Shown here: positions 50,659 to 62,912 of the stretch, one piece after another
Layout: every line of letters starts with the position of its first letter
Numbering within the stretch: position 1 is the first letter of the stretch
DNA from: Dehalococcoidia bacterium
GTDB lineage: Bacteria > Chloroflexota > Dehalococcoidia > UBA2979
Reading direction: 5' to 3'
NCBI GenBank assembly: GCA_965219085.1
Contig: OZ244720.1
Coordinates: 3,136,001-3,200,000 of the forward strand
Length of the DNA stretch: 64,000 nt
The notes under the pieces: model-generated
Told to the model about the DNA's origin: nothing
Seen by the model: only the letters and a program-made list of their open reading frames with translations
Database searches by the model: none
Made by a program: the position numbers and the translations under genes

Positions 50659-53600
50659 CGTGATGTCCTCCTCTGCCCACTTTCATGGGCCAAAGGACTC
50701 TCATCAACGGTGGTCCCGTTTCAAGGGGTCGGGTCACATGACTTCGAACACCCCGAGGGCGACTCGATCTTCACTCTCGTCGTGAACGGGCAGGCTGTCG
50801 AGCGCGACTTGAGCGCCCTGACCATCAACGCCCCAACCCCTACGGCGCCACTGAAGAGTTGCAGGACCAGCTCGTCTACCGGGTGACGCATCAAGAGGGT
50901 CAGGCGGACGTCCTGAACTCCAAGGAACACGAACTCCTGTGGAATTCCTGAGACCACATGGCGGTGGAAGGCTGCACCCAGCATCACTTCGCCGGCGATC
51001 CTGATACACCGACTGTTCCTGGTTCAACTCGATCAAGGCAGTCGATGGCGACTACCTGCTGTCGATGCGTGGATGCGCGAAGGTATTGCTGATCGACGGC
51101 GAGACCGGCGATGTGATCTGGCGAATGGGCCGGACCAACCTGACCGATGCAGAGTGGGCGGCGAGCGGTACGGACATCAGCCCGACGACCGGCCCTGCGC
51201 CGCTCACCATCATCGATGATCTCTGGGCGAATTCTGTGGGCAGCATTCGGCGAGGATCCTCGGCAACGGCAACCTCCTGCTCTATGACAATGGCAGCCAT
51301 TGCGCGATAAACCTGGAGGACGGCAGAACCTGGCGAAGAAATAATCAGTTCACCCGGGTCGTGGAGTATTCCCTTGACCTTGAGCAGGGCGAGGCCACTT
51401 GGCTGCGTCAACACACGCTGCGGGGCCAGGAGAATGCGTTCTCTACCTCGAGCGGCTCTGTCGCGTCGGTTCCCAACGGGAACTGGCTGATCAGCTGGAG
51501 CAGACCCGCTGGCGGCTAGCAGCCACACGTCTGTGTTCAATCCCGGCGCGCCGCAGGTGGTGGTCGCCTTCAACCGGCCCGTGGTTGACTTCGCCGCCGA
51601 CACGCGCTCGGTTGAGGTCAGCGGAGCGACCATCGACAAGCGTCAGCCCACGCATCGTCGCCGGGGAAGTGGCGAATGCCTACATCTTCACGCTGACTCC
51701 GGAGGGCAGCGGCCACATCACGTTCCGCCTGGTCGCGAACAAGCCGTGCGCGGACGGTGGCATCTGTGCGGCGGACGGATTCCTGCTCTCCGTCGGCCTC
51801 TCCGTCACCACCTCCGCGGCGAACACGCCCGGAGAACGCGCTGGGGACGCCGTTCACCTACGCCGGTGGTGACGAGGTTGCAGGGCCCGAGTCGGGCGCC
51901 GCGACGAAGCGGAGTGCGCCCCAGGATCGCGAAGCAGGAGAACTTCTCAGGCACGCTCGACACCTACACGGCGACCGACCCCGAAGGGGTGACGACGTTC
52001 ACGTGGTCGCTCGAGGGTGACAATGCCAGCGACTTCACGATCGGCGAGAGCACGGGCGTGCTTCGGTTCATGGCTCCGCCCGACTTCGACATTCCCGGGG
52101 ACAGCGATCGGAACAACATCTACCTGCTGGCCGCGAAGGCGAGCGACGGGACCATGACGGGCGAGTACGCGGTGAGCGTGGAGGTCACTGGGGCCGACGA
52201 GCGTCATGGACTTCCCGGAGAACAGCCCCAGGACGAGGGTCGTCGGCCGCTACTCCGCGAGCGACCCCGAGCGCGAGGGGGTCACGTGGTCGGATCTTTC
52301 CGGGGCCGATGCGGGCAAATTCGAGCTCAACAACACCGGCCTGCTGACCTTCATGAACTCCCCGAACGACGAGGAGCAGCCGGAGTACGAGGTCACGGTC
52401 AACGCCTCCGACGGCGGCTTCACGGGCAGCCTCGACGTAACCGTGACTGTGAGCGATGTCAACGAGCCGCCAGTGGTCACGCGGCGGACGAACACAGGCG
52501 CGTTCAGCGTCGTCGAGCACAGCGGGACCTTGATCGGCGCCTTCAACGCCACGGACCCCGAGGGCGACGCGGTCAGGTGGTCGCTGACGGGGACCGACGC
52601 CGCCGACTTCGCGATCAGCAATGGCCCCGGCACGCCTGGCGAGCTCAGCTTCCGGGGCGCCTCCGGACTACGACAATGCGATCGACTCCAACAAAGACAA
52701 CGAGTACCACGTCACCGTGCAGGCCACGGAGGCGGACGACACCGACCCGCTGACTCGCGAGCTGACGGGCAGCCTGCCCGTGATCGTCAGGGTCACTGAC
52801 ATCGACGAAGTGCCAACCGTCACGGGGAATCTGACACCCAACGTGGCAGAGAACACGACCGCGGTCACGACCTACAGGGCCAGCGACCTCGACGGCGTCG
52901 AGATCACGTGGTCACTGGAAGGGGCCGGCGCCAGCAGCTTCACGATCAGCGGCACGGGCGCACTCTCGTTCCGGAGCCTCCCGAACTACGAAGCCCAGAC
53001 CCGGCACAGCGTGACCGTGCGCGCATCTGACGGGACCAACAACGTCGACCGCGCCGTCACGGTCACCGTCACCGACGTGGATGAGCTGGAGAAGCTCGTG
53101 CTCATGCCGCGCCGGCCGCTCATCGGCATCGACTACACGGCTGCCTTCCAGGAGGGGACGGGCGATGTCGTGCAGTCGGCGACGTGGGTGTGGGAGCGCT
53201 CCACCAACCACAACAGCGGCTGGACGACCATCAGCGGGGCGACGGCGGCGACGTACCGTCCGGTGGGCGCCGACCGCGACCACTACCTGCGCGTGACCGC
53301 CTTCTACAACGATGGGCACAGCGCGAAGACCCTGCTGGCGACCTCGGAGTTGAAGACGGCGCCGGACAGCACCACGAGCACCGCGCCGACGTTCCCGAGC
53401 CCGCTGTTCGCGGGCGGCGTGACCGGCCTCTCAGTCCGCGAGAACGCCGCCGCCGGCACCGACGTCGGGACCGCGCTGCCCGCGACCGACGCGCAGAACA
53501 GCCGCTCAGCTACTCCCTCGCGGTCACGGGCTTCACCAGCGATCCGCCGTTCGAGATCGACGAGCACACTCGGCAGATCACCGTCGCGACCGGCACCGTG

Positions 53601-56172
53601 CTCAACCATGAGGGGCAGGAGACGTACGGCGTCACGGTGACGGTGCAGGACGACTTCAACGCCACCGCCAGCGCCACGTTCAACATCGCCGTCGAGGACG
53701 TGAACGAGCGGCCGGTGGCGGTCCCAGACATCCCACCGGCGACCGACGAGGACACGGGCGACCACCTTCGCCGTCCTCGCGAACGACGAAGACCCCGACG
53801 ACGGCGACACCCTGGAAGTGACGCTGACGAGCAGCCCGGACCCCGGGCGCGTCGCGCTGGATCCGAGCACGCAAATGGTGACCTACACACCGGCTCAGAA
53901 CGACCACGGGACGTACACGTTCCGCTACACAGCCTCGGACGGGGTCCTTACCAGCGCCCCCCTGGTCACGGTCACGGTCAACCGGGTGAACGACGCGCCC
54001 GTGTCACCGAGTCGGCGCCCGCGCGATCCGTGTCTGAGGACGCCGAGGCCGACGCACCCGTCGGCGAACGTGTCGAGGCGACAGACGCCGACGAGGGCGA
54101 CACGGTCACGTACAGCCTCTCGGGTGCTGATGCGTCCCTCTTCGAGATCGACGCCGACGGTCAGATCACCGTCTCGAACAGCGCGATCCTCAACGCGACC
54201 ACCGACGCCACCGCCATGCTCATGCTCACCGTCACCGCCGATGACGGGAACGGAGGCGAGGCGACAGTCGAGGTGACCATCACCGTCACGGCCGGGCCGG
54301 TAGGACCACCGATCATCATCGGCGGTGGTGGTGGCGGCCCCTCCGGGCCCAGCCCGAGCGATGTCGACTTCGAGTGGAACGTGACGCGCGACATCGATGA
54401 TCTCGCCGGCGGGCAACACCATGGCGACCGGCCTCTGGTCGGACGGCGAGACGCTGGGTGGTCGACAACGCCGACGGCGCCGGCGACGCCGTCTACGCCT
54501 ACGACCTCGCGACGGGCGAACGCCTCGAGCAGCGCGAGTTCGAACTCGACAACGCCAACCTCGCGCCTCGCGGCCTCTGGTCCGACCCCAGCACCATCTG
54601 GATCTCCGACAGCGGCAAGGACAAGCTCTTCGCACACGACCTCGCGAGCGGCGAACGCCTGCCCGACTCCGACCTCGCACTGCACCCCGACAACAACGAC
54701 CCACGCGGCATCTGGTCCGACGGCTCGACCATGTGGGTCCTCGGCGACCACGACGACGCCCCCTTCGGCTACGACCTCGCGACCGGCGAGCTGGTCGCCC
54801 GGCACGCCCTCGACTCCGCCAACGACGACCCGCGCGGCCTCTGGTCGGACCGCGTCACGGTCTGGGTCTCCAACCACGACCCCAAGCGCCTCTTCGCCTA
54901 CCGCCTCGAGGACGGCGAGCTCGTGCGCAACAGCGACGGGGAGTTCGGGGATCTGAGCAGGGCCAGCAACAGCAGCCCGCGCGGCCTCTGGTCGGACGGC
55001 GACGTCATGTACGTCGCCGACAAGAGCGACGACAAGGTCTACACCTACAACATGCCCGACGCCATCGACGCCCGTCTCACCTCGCTCACCCTCAGCGGCA
55101 TCGACATCGGCGAGTTCCTGCCGGGTCGGACGGAGTACGAGGGCGTCGTCGCCGAGGGCGTGACGGAAACCACGGTCGAGGCCGAGCCCGCGCAGGACGA
55201 CGCGGGCGCTCCCACCCACCCGCCCGACGCCAACGAGGAGGCCGACGGCCACCAGGTGGCGCTGGACGGAGTCTCCGAGATCACCGTCACCGTGACCTCG
55301 GCGGACGGCAGCCGCGAACGCGTCTACCGCGTGGGGCTCGGCGATCCGGAGCGGGCAGCCACGAGCGAGCCCGGATTCGGCTGCTTCCGCGGCGATGTCG
55401 CCGTCGGCTTCAGCCTCCTCGTCTACGCAGGGGCAGCATCGAGGATCTGGAGGCTTGCGCGCGGGACCGGCACATCGTGGCCCTCTACGCGCTGCACGGC
55501 GGCGTCCACGTCTCCTACATCCTCGAAGCGCCCGAGTTCGTGTACCAGCCCTTCGTCGAGCTGTTCGCGGACGGCGTGCCCCCGGTCACACCGCTGACCG
55601 TCAGGAGCGACGGGCCGCCCTCAGCGGACCCGAACCCGGGCGCCGGCGACATCGTGGAGCCTGGGCAGGACTGCATGAGTGGCGACATCGTCGAGGGCTT
55701 CAGCCTCGTCGTCTACGAGGGCGGGAGCGTCGAGAACCTCCGGGCCTGCGCGCGGAGCCGGGGCGCCACAGCCCTCTACACGCTCGACGGCGGCGAGTTT
55801 GTCTCGCTCATCCTCGGTGCGCCGGACCTCGTCGACGACCCCTTCCGCGAGCTGTTCCCCGGCGGGCTCGCCCCGGTCACCCCGCTGATCGTCAGGAGCA
55901 ACTGACTTCCGGCAGCGAGGTCCAGCCAGTGACGTCACGGCGGACTGTCGGGGGAAGCGCGTACTGCGCTCCCCCTTCGCGCGCCAGGCAAGAGCCACGC
56001 TCAGGAGCAGCGGGACGCGCACGGTCATGTCGTCCTGGAGCAGCGACACCGATCACGAGCTAGATCTCGGCCGCGAAGCCCGCGACCACGAGCAGCGCGC
56101 GCCGGGCCCAGTCACCTCGCCCACCGCGGCGCGCCATTACCTATGATGGCCGCGCCGTCGAGGGGGTGGGCG

Positions 56173-56976
56173 ATGCCCGAGTTCGAGACGATTCGCTTCG
56201 AGGTCGAGGGGCCGCGCGCGACGATCACGCTCAACCGCCCGGAGCGCATCAACGCCTTCAACGGCGCCATGGAGCGCGAGATGCGCGACGCCTGGACGAT
56301 CGTGCGCGACAGCGACGCGATCCGCGTCGTGGTGCTGACCGGCGCAGGCGATCGCGGCTTCTGCTCCGGCGTCGACCGCCGCGCCGAGGACGGCGAGCGC
56401 CTCTCCCAGCAGTTGGCGACGAACCTGTGGAACCGCGAGGATGCCGGCGCGTTCCTCGGGCCGAAGAGCAACCGCGTCTACAAGCCGGTCATCAGCGCGG
56501 TCCACGGCATCGCCTGCGGCGGCGCGTTCTACATGCTCGGCGAGTCCGACATCATCGTCGCCTCCGAGGACGCCACCTTCTTCGACCCCCACACGACGTA
56601 CGGTCTGACCGCGGTCTTCGAACCAATCCTCGCGCGGCAGTGGCTCCCCTACGGCGAGGTGATGCGCATGGTGCTGCTCGGCAACGACGAGCGGATCAGC
56701 GCACGGCGCGCGCTCGAACTCGGGTTCGTGACCGACGTCGTGACCCGCGAGCAGTTGCTGCCGGCCGCCTACGGACTCGCCGAGCGCATCGCCGCGAAGC
56801 CACCGGCCGCCGTGCAGGGCAGCATCTACGCGCTCTGGGAGAGCCTCTCGCTGCCGCTCGGCGCCGCGATCCAGCAAGGCATGCCGCTCACCGACATCGG
56901 CAACGCGGCGGTACGTCCCGAGGAGGTCACGGCCACCTTCGGGGCGGGCGCGGACCGTACGTTCCGCGTGCGCTGA
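56173..56976 (+). CDS. Enoyl-CoA hydratase/isomerase
   Basis: TLNRPERIN, FCSGVD, KPVISAVHGIACGG. Confidence 0.9.
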   Translation: MPEFETIRFEVEGPRATITLNRPERINAFNGAMEREMRDAWTIVRDSDAIRVVVLTGAGDRGFCSGVDRRAEDGERLSQQLATNLWNREDAGAFLGPKSNRVYKPVISAVHGIACGGAFYMLGESDIIVASEDATFFDPHTTYGLTAVFEPILARQWLPYGEVMRMVLLGNDERISARRALELGFVTDVVTREQLLPAAYGLAERIAAKPPAAVQGSIYALWESLSLPLGAAIQQGMPLTDIGNAAVRPEEVTATFGAGADRTFRVR

Positions 56977-57091
56977 GGACAGCGTGATTCGGCAGGCCGG
57001 CGGCGACGGCTCGCTGCGTCGCCGCACATCGATGTGAGTTCGCGGCTGTCGCGAAGGGCGGACACCGTCCGCGGGTACGCAGGGGGACGCA

Positions 57092-58000
57092 GTGGTCACG
57101 ATCGGCGACATGTTCCACGTCATCCACATCTACGACGAGCTCCAGCCGCTCGACGACTGGTACGACAGGATCTTCGCGCCCAGGCGCTCGATGCTGGGCA
57201 ACTACAGCGCGACCGAGAAGCGCGACGCCTCGCTCTGCTACATCAGCGACTTCTGCATGGAGACGATGGCCCCGGCGCACCGGGTCGCGGGCGCGGCGGA
57301 CATGCCGGTCGGCCGGTTCCACCGGCGCTTCGGCAACCACCTGCACTCGATCGCGTGGTTCGTCAGCGACGGCATGCCCGAGCTCTTCGGGCGGTTGCAG
57401 GACGCCGGCGTGAGGCTCTTCACCGACGGGGGAGGCGCCGCGACCGACATCTCGCAGCTCGCCGCGGCGGCGTTCACGCACCCGCGCGACACGAAGCGCC
57501 AGTGGGAGCTGATGGCGGCGACGGGCGACCAGGCGGATCCGACCGCGCGCATCGGGGGCTGGTCCGTCGAGTTCTGGCGCGACGAGCACCCGATGGGCAT
57601 CCTCCCCTCGGCGTGGCACATCACCGTCAGCGTGCGCGACCTCGACGAGGGCGCCGGTCTCTACGAGCGGCTGCTCGGCGCCCACGTCGTACACGAGGAG
57701 GAGGACGCCGCGAAAGGCGCGCGCAGCCGCTACCTCAGCGTCGGCCAGAACACGCTGATCGAGGTGGCGACCCCCACCGGGTCCGACAGCCTGCTGGCAC
57801 GCGACCTCGACAGCCGGGGCGAGATCATCCACGCCGTCACATTCCGCACGAGGGACCTCGCCGCCGCGCGGCAACACGTCCTTGCGCAGGGCGTCGGCGT
57901 CGAGGAGGTCTCGCCCGAGACGTTCCTGATCAGCCCCGACGACTCGATGGGCGCCACCCTCTACATCAGCGAGCGGGCAATCCCCGGAGACCCTCGGTGA
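57092..58000 (+). CDS. VOC/glyoxalase-family protein (two domains)
   Basis: FHVIH...METMAP...HSIAW; WHITVSVRDL...IEVATP...HAVTF. Confidence 0.85.
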   Translation: MVTIGDMFHVIHIYDELQPLDDWYDRIFAPRRSMLGNYSATEKRDASLCYISDFCMETMAPAHRVAGAADMPVGRFHRRFGNHLHSIAWFVSDGMPELFGRLQDAGVRLFTDGGGAATDISQLAAAAFTHPRDTKRQWELMAATGDQADPTARIGGWSVEFWRDEHPMGILPSAWHITVSVRDLDEGAGLYERLLGAHVVHEEEDAAKGARSRYLSVGQNTLIEVATPTGSDSLLARDLDSRGEIIHAVTFRTRDLAAARQHVLAQGVGVEEVSPETFLISPDDSMGATLYISERAIPGDPR

Positions 58001-58055
58001 TGCACGGCCCCGCGCTCGCGGCGCGGCTGCGGACGGCAATGGCGAGGGGCGACGC

Positions 58056-60564
58056 GTGACGCTGACGCTGCCGCTCGACGGGCTCCGCATCGTCGACCTC
58101 ACGCAGGAGGCGATGGGGCCGTTCTGCACACGGCTGCTCGCCGACTACGGTGCGGAGGTCATCAAGATCGAGCCGCCGGCGGGCGATCCGGCGCGGGCGC
58201 TGCCTCCGTTCGCCGCCGACACGCCCGGACCGGAGCGCAGCGGGACGTTCCTGTTCCTCAACACCAACAAGCGCAGCGTGGTCCTCGATCTCGAGCTCCC
58301 GGCGGACCGTGAACGGCTGCTCGACCTCGTCGCCGGCGCGGACGCGGTGGTGGAGAGTTTCGCGCCCGGCACGCTTGACGCGCTCGGGCTGGGCTACGAG
58401 CGGCTCGCGGCGGTGAACCCCCGGGTCGTGCTGACCTCGATCACGCACTTCGGGCAGGACGGCCCCTACCGCGACTGGCAGGCGACCGACCTCACCGTCT
58501 ACGCGATGGGCGGGCCGATGCTCACCACCGGTCACATCGACCACGAACCGATCCGGGTCGCAGGCCGCATGGCGAGTTACCAGGTCGGCTACATGGCGGC
58601 GCTGGCGACCGCCGTCGGCCTGCACGCGGCGGAGGCGCGCGGCACAGGCGAGCACCTCGACGTGAGCGCGTTCGAGGCGCTCACGGACTCGATCGACACA
58701 CGCCTCACGCGGTTGCAGGGCTACCAGTACTCCGGCAGCCTCGCGCAGCGCGGTTCGCTCGCCCGGGGCGTTGGCATGGGCACGTATCCGTGCGCCGATG
58801 GCTTCGTGACGCTGTCCGGCGGATTGCCGGCGCAAATCCCCCGGCTCTTCCGCATGCTCGGCGTCGAGCACCTGCTGGAGCAGCCGGAGTGGAGCGCACC
58901 GGGCATGGCGTTCGACCCGGAGCGCGTCGACGCGTTCGCCGCGTACCTGCTCCCATGGACGCTCGCCCGCACGAAGCGCGAGGTTCGCGAGGCGTGCCAG
59001 GAGTACGGCGTGCTCGGCGCGCCGATCTCGACCGTCGCCGAGGTCCTCGACGACCCGAGCTTCGTCGAGCGCGGCTTCTTCCAGGAGATCGACCACCCGG
59101 AGACGGGCGCGGTCCGCTACCCCGGATACCACTTCACGCTGCATAGCGAGGACGGCCCGATGCCGCCGCGGCGCCGCGCACCGCTGCTCGGCGAACACAC
59201 CGACGAGATCCTCGGCGCCCTGCCCGAGCGCCGGCCTGCCGGCCGCCGGGGCGAGGACCGCCTCGGCGATCGGCTCCCGCTCGAGGGCATGCGCATCCTC
59301 GACTTCACCGTGGTGTGGGCGGGGCCCTACGCCACGATGCTGCTCGCCGACTGGGGCGCGGAGGTGATCCGCATCGAGTCCCGGCAGCACTTCGCGCCGA
59401 ACACGCGCGGCTTCATCGCCCACATGACGCGCGAGGTGGTGGCCGGCAATCCGGCGCTCGCATCGTTGTATCCGGACGGCGATCCGGGGGACGAGGCGTG
59501 GAACCGCAACGCACTGTTCAACGGGCACGGGCGCGGCAAGCGCTCGATGACGCTCGACCTCACGCGCCCCGAGGGCCAGGAGCAGTTCGAGCGGCTGGTC
59601 GCCATGGCCGACGGCCTGATCGAGAACAACCTGCCACCGAACATCGAGAAGCTCGGCATCACGTGGGAGCGGCTGTCGCGCATCAACCCCCGGCTCGTGC
59701 TGGTGCGCATGCCGGCGTTCGGCGTGAACGGCCCGTATCGCTCCTACCGGACGCTCGGCAACCACATGGAGTCGATTGCGGGGCACCCGCCGATCCGCGC
59801 CTACCCCGACCTCAGCCTCGAGTACGCGCCGACCGGCGTACCGGCCGACGCTGCCTCCGGGATCGGCGGCGCGCTCGGGTTCCTGCTCGGCCTTCGCCAC
59901 CGCGAGCGGACGGAGCGCGGCCTGATGGTGGAGCTCGCGACAGCGGAGAACATGGTGCCGTTCCTCGGCGAGTTCGTCATGGACTACGTGCTCAACGGCC
60001 GCGAGTGGGAGCACATGGGCAACGACCACTGGTGGCTCGCGCCGCACGGCGCCTACCCGTGCGCCGGCGGCGACCGCTGGATCGCGATCGCGTGCCGCAA
60101 CGACCAGGAGTGGCGGGCGCTGTGTGACGTGATGCTGCGCCCCGAACTCGCCGGGGACGTGCGCTTCGCCTCGATGGAGCAGCGCTACGCGAACCGCCGC
60201 GAGCTCGATCGCGAGATCGCCGCGTGGACGGCCGACGTCGAACCGACGTGGCTGATGGGCCGCCTGCAACGTGCCGGCATTCCCGCCGGCGTGCTGATGA
60301 ACGAGCACGACCTGTTGCACGACGAGCAGCTTCGCGCGCGACTTCTTCCAGTGGATCGACTCGCCATCGACCGGCCGCCAGCTGCACCCGACCCGGCCAT
60401 GGCGGGCCAGCCGCACGCCGGTGCGCCCGGTGCGGCACGCGGCGCGGCTCGGCGAGGACAACGAGTACGTCTACCGCGAACTCCTCGGCTTCACCGAGGA
60501 GCAGTACCGCCGCTTCGAGGAGCTGGGCCACATCGGCGCCGACTACGACCCCTCGGTGCCCTGA
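58056..60564 (+). CDS. Fused two-domain family III CoA-transferase, frameshift near 60335
   Basis: Two CaiB domains; C-terminus LGEDNEYVYRELLG continues in another frame after a cgcgcgcg run. Confidence 0.85.
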
Positions 60565-60641
60565 TCACCGGCTCACTCGGGAGGCAGTCAGGGAGATCGC
60601 GCGCTCTGAGGCGGCTCACGCCGGCGCCAGCGCCATCACGC

Positions 60642-62420
60642 TCACGGCGGCCAGACGAGCAGGATCAACGGTACGGCGACGACTGTGATCACGGCCTCGA
60701 GGGGCAGCCCCAGCCGCCAGTAGTCGCCGAAGCGGTAGCCGCCCGGGCCCATCACCAGCAGGTTCGACTGATGACCGATCGGCGTCAGGAACGCGGCCGA
60801 GGCGCCGACGGCGACGGCCATGAGGAAGGGGTCGGGTGAGGCGCTGAGCCCGCCCGCGACACCGAGCGCGATCGGCGCCATGAGCACGGCTGCCGCGGTG
60901 TTGTTGACCAGGTCCGACAGGAACATCGAGATCATCAGCACTGCCGCGACGCTCATCCAGAGCGGCAGGTCGGCGCTCACGGCGACGAGCGCCTCTGCAA
61001 CCTGCGCCGCCAGGCCGGTGTCCTCGAGCGCGCCGCCCACGGGGATCATCGCGCCGAGCAGCACGATCACCCTCCAGTCGATCGCCTCGTACACCTCTTT
61101 CGGCGAGACGAGCCCAACGAGTCCCATCACTGCCGCGGCGCCGGCCATCGCCACCTGGATCGGCAGCAGCCGGAGCGCGGCCGCCGTCACCAGGGCGCCG
61201 CCGAGGATCGACACGGCGAGCAGCGCACGGCGCTCTTGCCTGCCGATGCTGAGACCGCGTTCCGCAAGCGGTAAGCACTTCAGCGCATCGAGCACGGCCG
61301 GGAGTTCGCCGCGATTCGCCTGCAGGAGCAACACGTCGCCGACCTCGAGCAGTGTCTCCCGCATGCGCATGCGGGACTGCCGGCCGCGGCGCGAGACTGC
61401 CAGCACGTTCACGTGGTGGCGCCGGCGCAGATCAGCCTGCACCACCGTCCTGGCTCGCAGCGGGGAGTCGGGCATGACCACGGCCTCGGCCAGGACGACG
61501 TCGCCGCCAGCGAGTTCGTCCACGACGTTCGCTCTCCCGCTCGGGGTCTCCAGGCCCGCGTCGGCGACGAGCGCCTCAAGCGCATCGCCGCTGGCTTCGA
61601 CGACGAGCACGTCGCCCGCGCGCAGGAGCTCGAAGCTCGAGGGAAGCGCGATCCTGTAGTCGCTCCGCACGATCGCGACCACGACGAAGTCCGCCTGGGA
61701 CCCTCTGCCGATCTCGAAAATGCTGCGGCCATCCGTGGGGGATCCCTCCGGGATACGGAGCTCGAAGAGGTAGTCACTGATCTCGAACAGGCGTCCGCTC
61801 GCCCCTGCCTCCCGGCGTGGGATGAGCCGCCATCCGACCAGGGCGATGAACGCCAGGCCCGCGACCGCGACGCCGAGTCCGACCGGTGCGAAATCGAACA
61901 TCGCGAACGCCTCGCCGGAAGCTTCCGCGCGGAAGGTGGCGATCACGATGTTGGGCGGAGTTCCCACGAGCGTGACCAGGCCTCCGAGGAGCGAAGCGAA
62001 GGCGAGCGGCATGAGGACGGCCGACGGGCCAGCCCCGCCCTGGCGGGACATCCGGATCGCCGTGGGCATCAGGACGGCCAGCGCCCCGACGTTATTGATG
62101 AACGCCGACAGCCCCGCGGCCAGCCCGGAGGTCGCGGCTATCTGGCGAGTGGGCGAGGTTCCCGCGCTCGTGAGCCAGCGGGCCAGGAGATCGACGGCTC
62201 CCGAGTTCTCCAGGCCCCGGCTGGCAACGAGCACGGCTGCGACGGTCACGACCGCCGGGTGGCCAAAGTCGGCAAACGCCTGTTCACCGGGAATGACGCC
62301 GCCCAGCACGAGCGTCAACAGCGCGAGGAGCGCCACCGCGTCGTATCGCCACCGCCCCCACACAAAGAAGACGAACGTGACGGCGAGCACGAGGACGACG
62401 AGCAACTGATCGGTACCCAC
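60642..62420 (-). CDS. SLC13-family permease with TrkA-C domains
   Basis: SAFINNVGA, TLVGTPPN, TPIGHQSN, GYRFGDY. Confidence 0.92.
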   Translation of the reverse strand: MGTDQLLVVLVLAVTFVFFVWGRWRYDAVALLALLTLVLGGVIPGEQAFADFGHPAVVTVAAVLVASRGLENSGAVDLLARWLTSAGTSPTRQIAATSGLAAGLSAFINNVGALAVLMPTAIRMSRQGGAGPSAVLMPLAFASLLGGLVTLVGTPPNIVIATFRAEASGEAFAMFDFAPVGLGVAVAGLAFIALVGWRLIPRREAGASGRLFEISDYLFELRIPEGSPTDGRSIFEIGRGSQADFVVVAIVRSDYRIALPSSFELLRAGDVLVVEASGDALEALVADAGLETPSGRANVVDELAGGDVVLAEAVVMPDSPLRARTVVQADLRRRHHVNVLAVSRRGRQSRMRMRETLLEVGDVLLLQANRGELPAVLDALKCLPLAERGLSIGRQERRALLAVSILGGALVTAAALRLLPIQVAMAGAAAVMGLVGLVSPKEVYEAIDWRVIVLLGAMIPVGGALEDTGLAAQVAEALVAVSADLPLWMSVAAVLMISMFLSDLVNNTAAAVLMAPIALGVAGGLSASPDPFLMAVAVGASAAFLTPIGHQSNLLVMGPGGYRFGDYWRLGLPLEAVITVVAVPLILLVWPP

Positions 62421-62558
62421 GGGTGCGTAGGATAGGCGATCGCTCGTCGGCTGTTCGGTCGCTCCGGCCGAGCCCGAGCCCCGAGCACCGTCGGAGTTCA
62501 CGCCCGTGCGGGTCCCAGTCCTGCTCCTCGAAGCGGCGGCGGCCACTGCGCCAGGCAA

Positions 62559-62703
62559 CTCAGACATCGTTGGGGTTAATGCCCCGTGTGGGTTCGAGTC
62601 CCACCTTCGGCGCCAATGTTCGCAACGGTTTTCCGATCGGCCTTCGGCGAGTTGTCCTCAGCAGGGTCATCAGTCGTGGCAATCCTGTGGCTATCTTCGG
62701 ATC
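62559..62703 (+). repeat. att-type duplicate of the tRNA-Leu 3' half plus ~90 bp downstream arm
   Basis: Homologous to 26556-26702; 44 bp identical. Confidence 0.92.
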
Positions 62704-62912
62704 AGGTGTCGGCCAGGGCCGCCGACCGACTCCTGCACACCACGATCTTCACGTGTGCGCCGGCGCCGCGGCCCGCCCGCTCCATCTCCGGGATCGCGTA
62801 CTTGCAGGCGCAACCTCCGACTTCCGTAGCGACCGCAACGCCGTCGGCGCCCGTCGGCGCCCGGCGGCGCCGACGGGAGTCCGCTTCGCCGGGCCGCGAC
62901 GCCGACCGGCGC

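Larger units (their letters stand above)
49497..50736 (-). mobile_element. IS3-family (IS407-like) element
   Basis: TG..CA ends with IR tgaccggacccc / ggggtcgggtca; 4-bp TSD CATG at 49493-49496 and 50737-50740. Confidence 0.93.
47515..55905 (+). pseudogene. Large multi-domain surface protein, fragmented: arylsulfotransferase-like, Ig/Calx-beta, cadherin repeats, RGLWSD propeller, C-terminal repeats
   Basis: DYAHINS, FCGQHAA..LLLYDNG, ATDPEG, PDYD/PNYE, DVNE cadherin motifs, PRGLWSD repeats; many frameshifts and an IS3 insertion. Confidence 0.75.
26613..62611. mobile_element. ~36 kb genomic island integrated at tRNA-Leu(CAA)
   Basis: 44-bp exact repeat 26565-26608 = 62568-62611; interior rich in IS, TA genes and pseudogenes; no integrase recognised. 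Confidence 0.8.

Noticed and set aside
54420-55020. Regularly spaced cgcggcctctggtc repeats as a CRISPR array
   Set aside because: In-frame RGLWSD beta-propeller protein repeats; no cas genes in the window.
60325-60345. Programmed frameshift in the CoA-transferase
   Set aside because: It falls in a CG dinucleotide run with no slippery heptamer; likely slippage or sequencing error.
57966-60461. Long antisense ORFs (831 aa here; also 9522-11045 and 21784-23520)
   Set aside because: Shadow ORFs expected opposite high-GC genes; no recognisable motifs.
62559-62615. Second tRNA-Leu gene
   Set aside because: Lacks the acceptor 5' strand, D-arm and intact anticodon arm; it is an att remnant.
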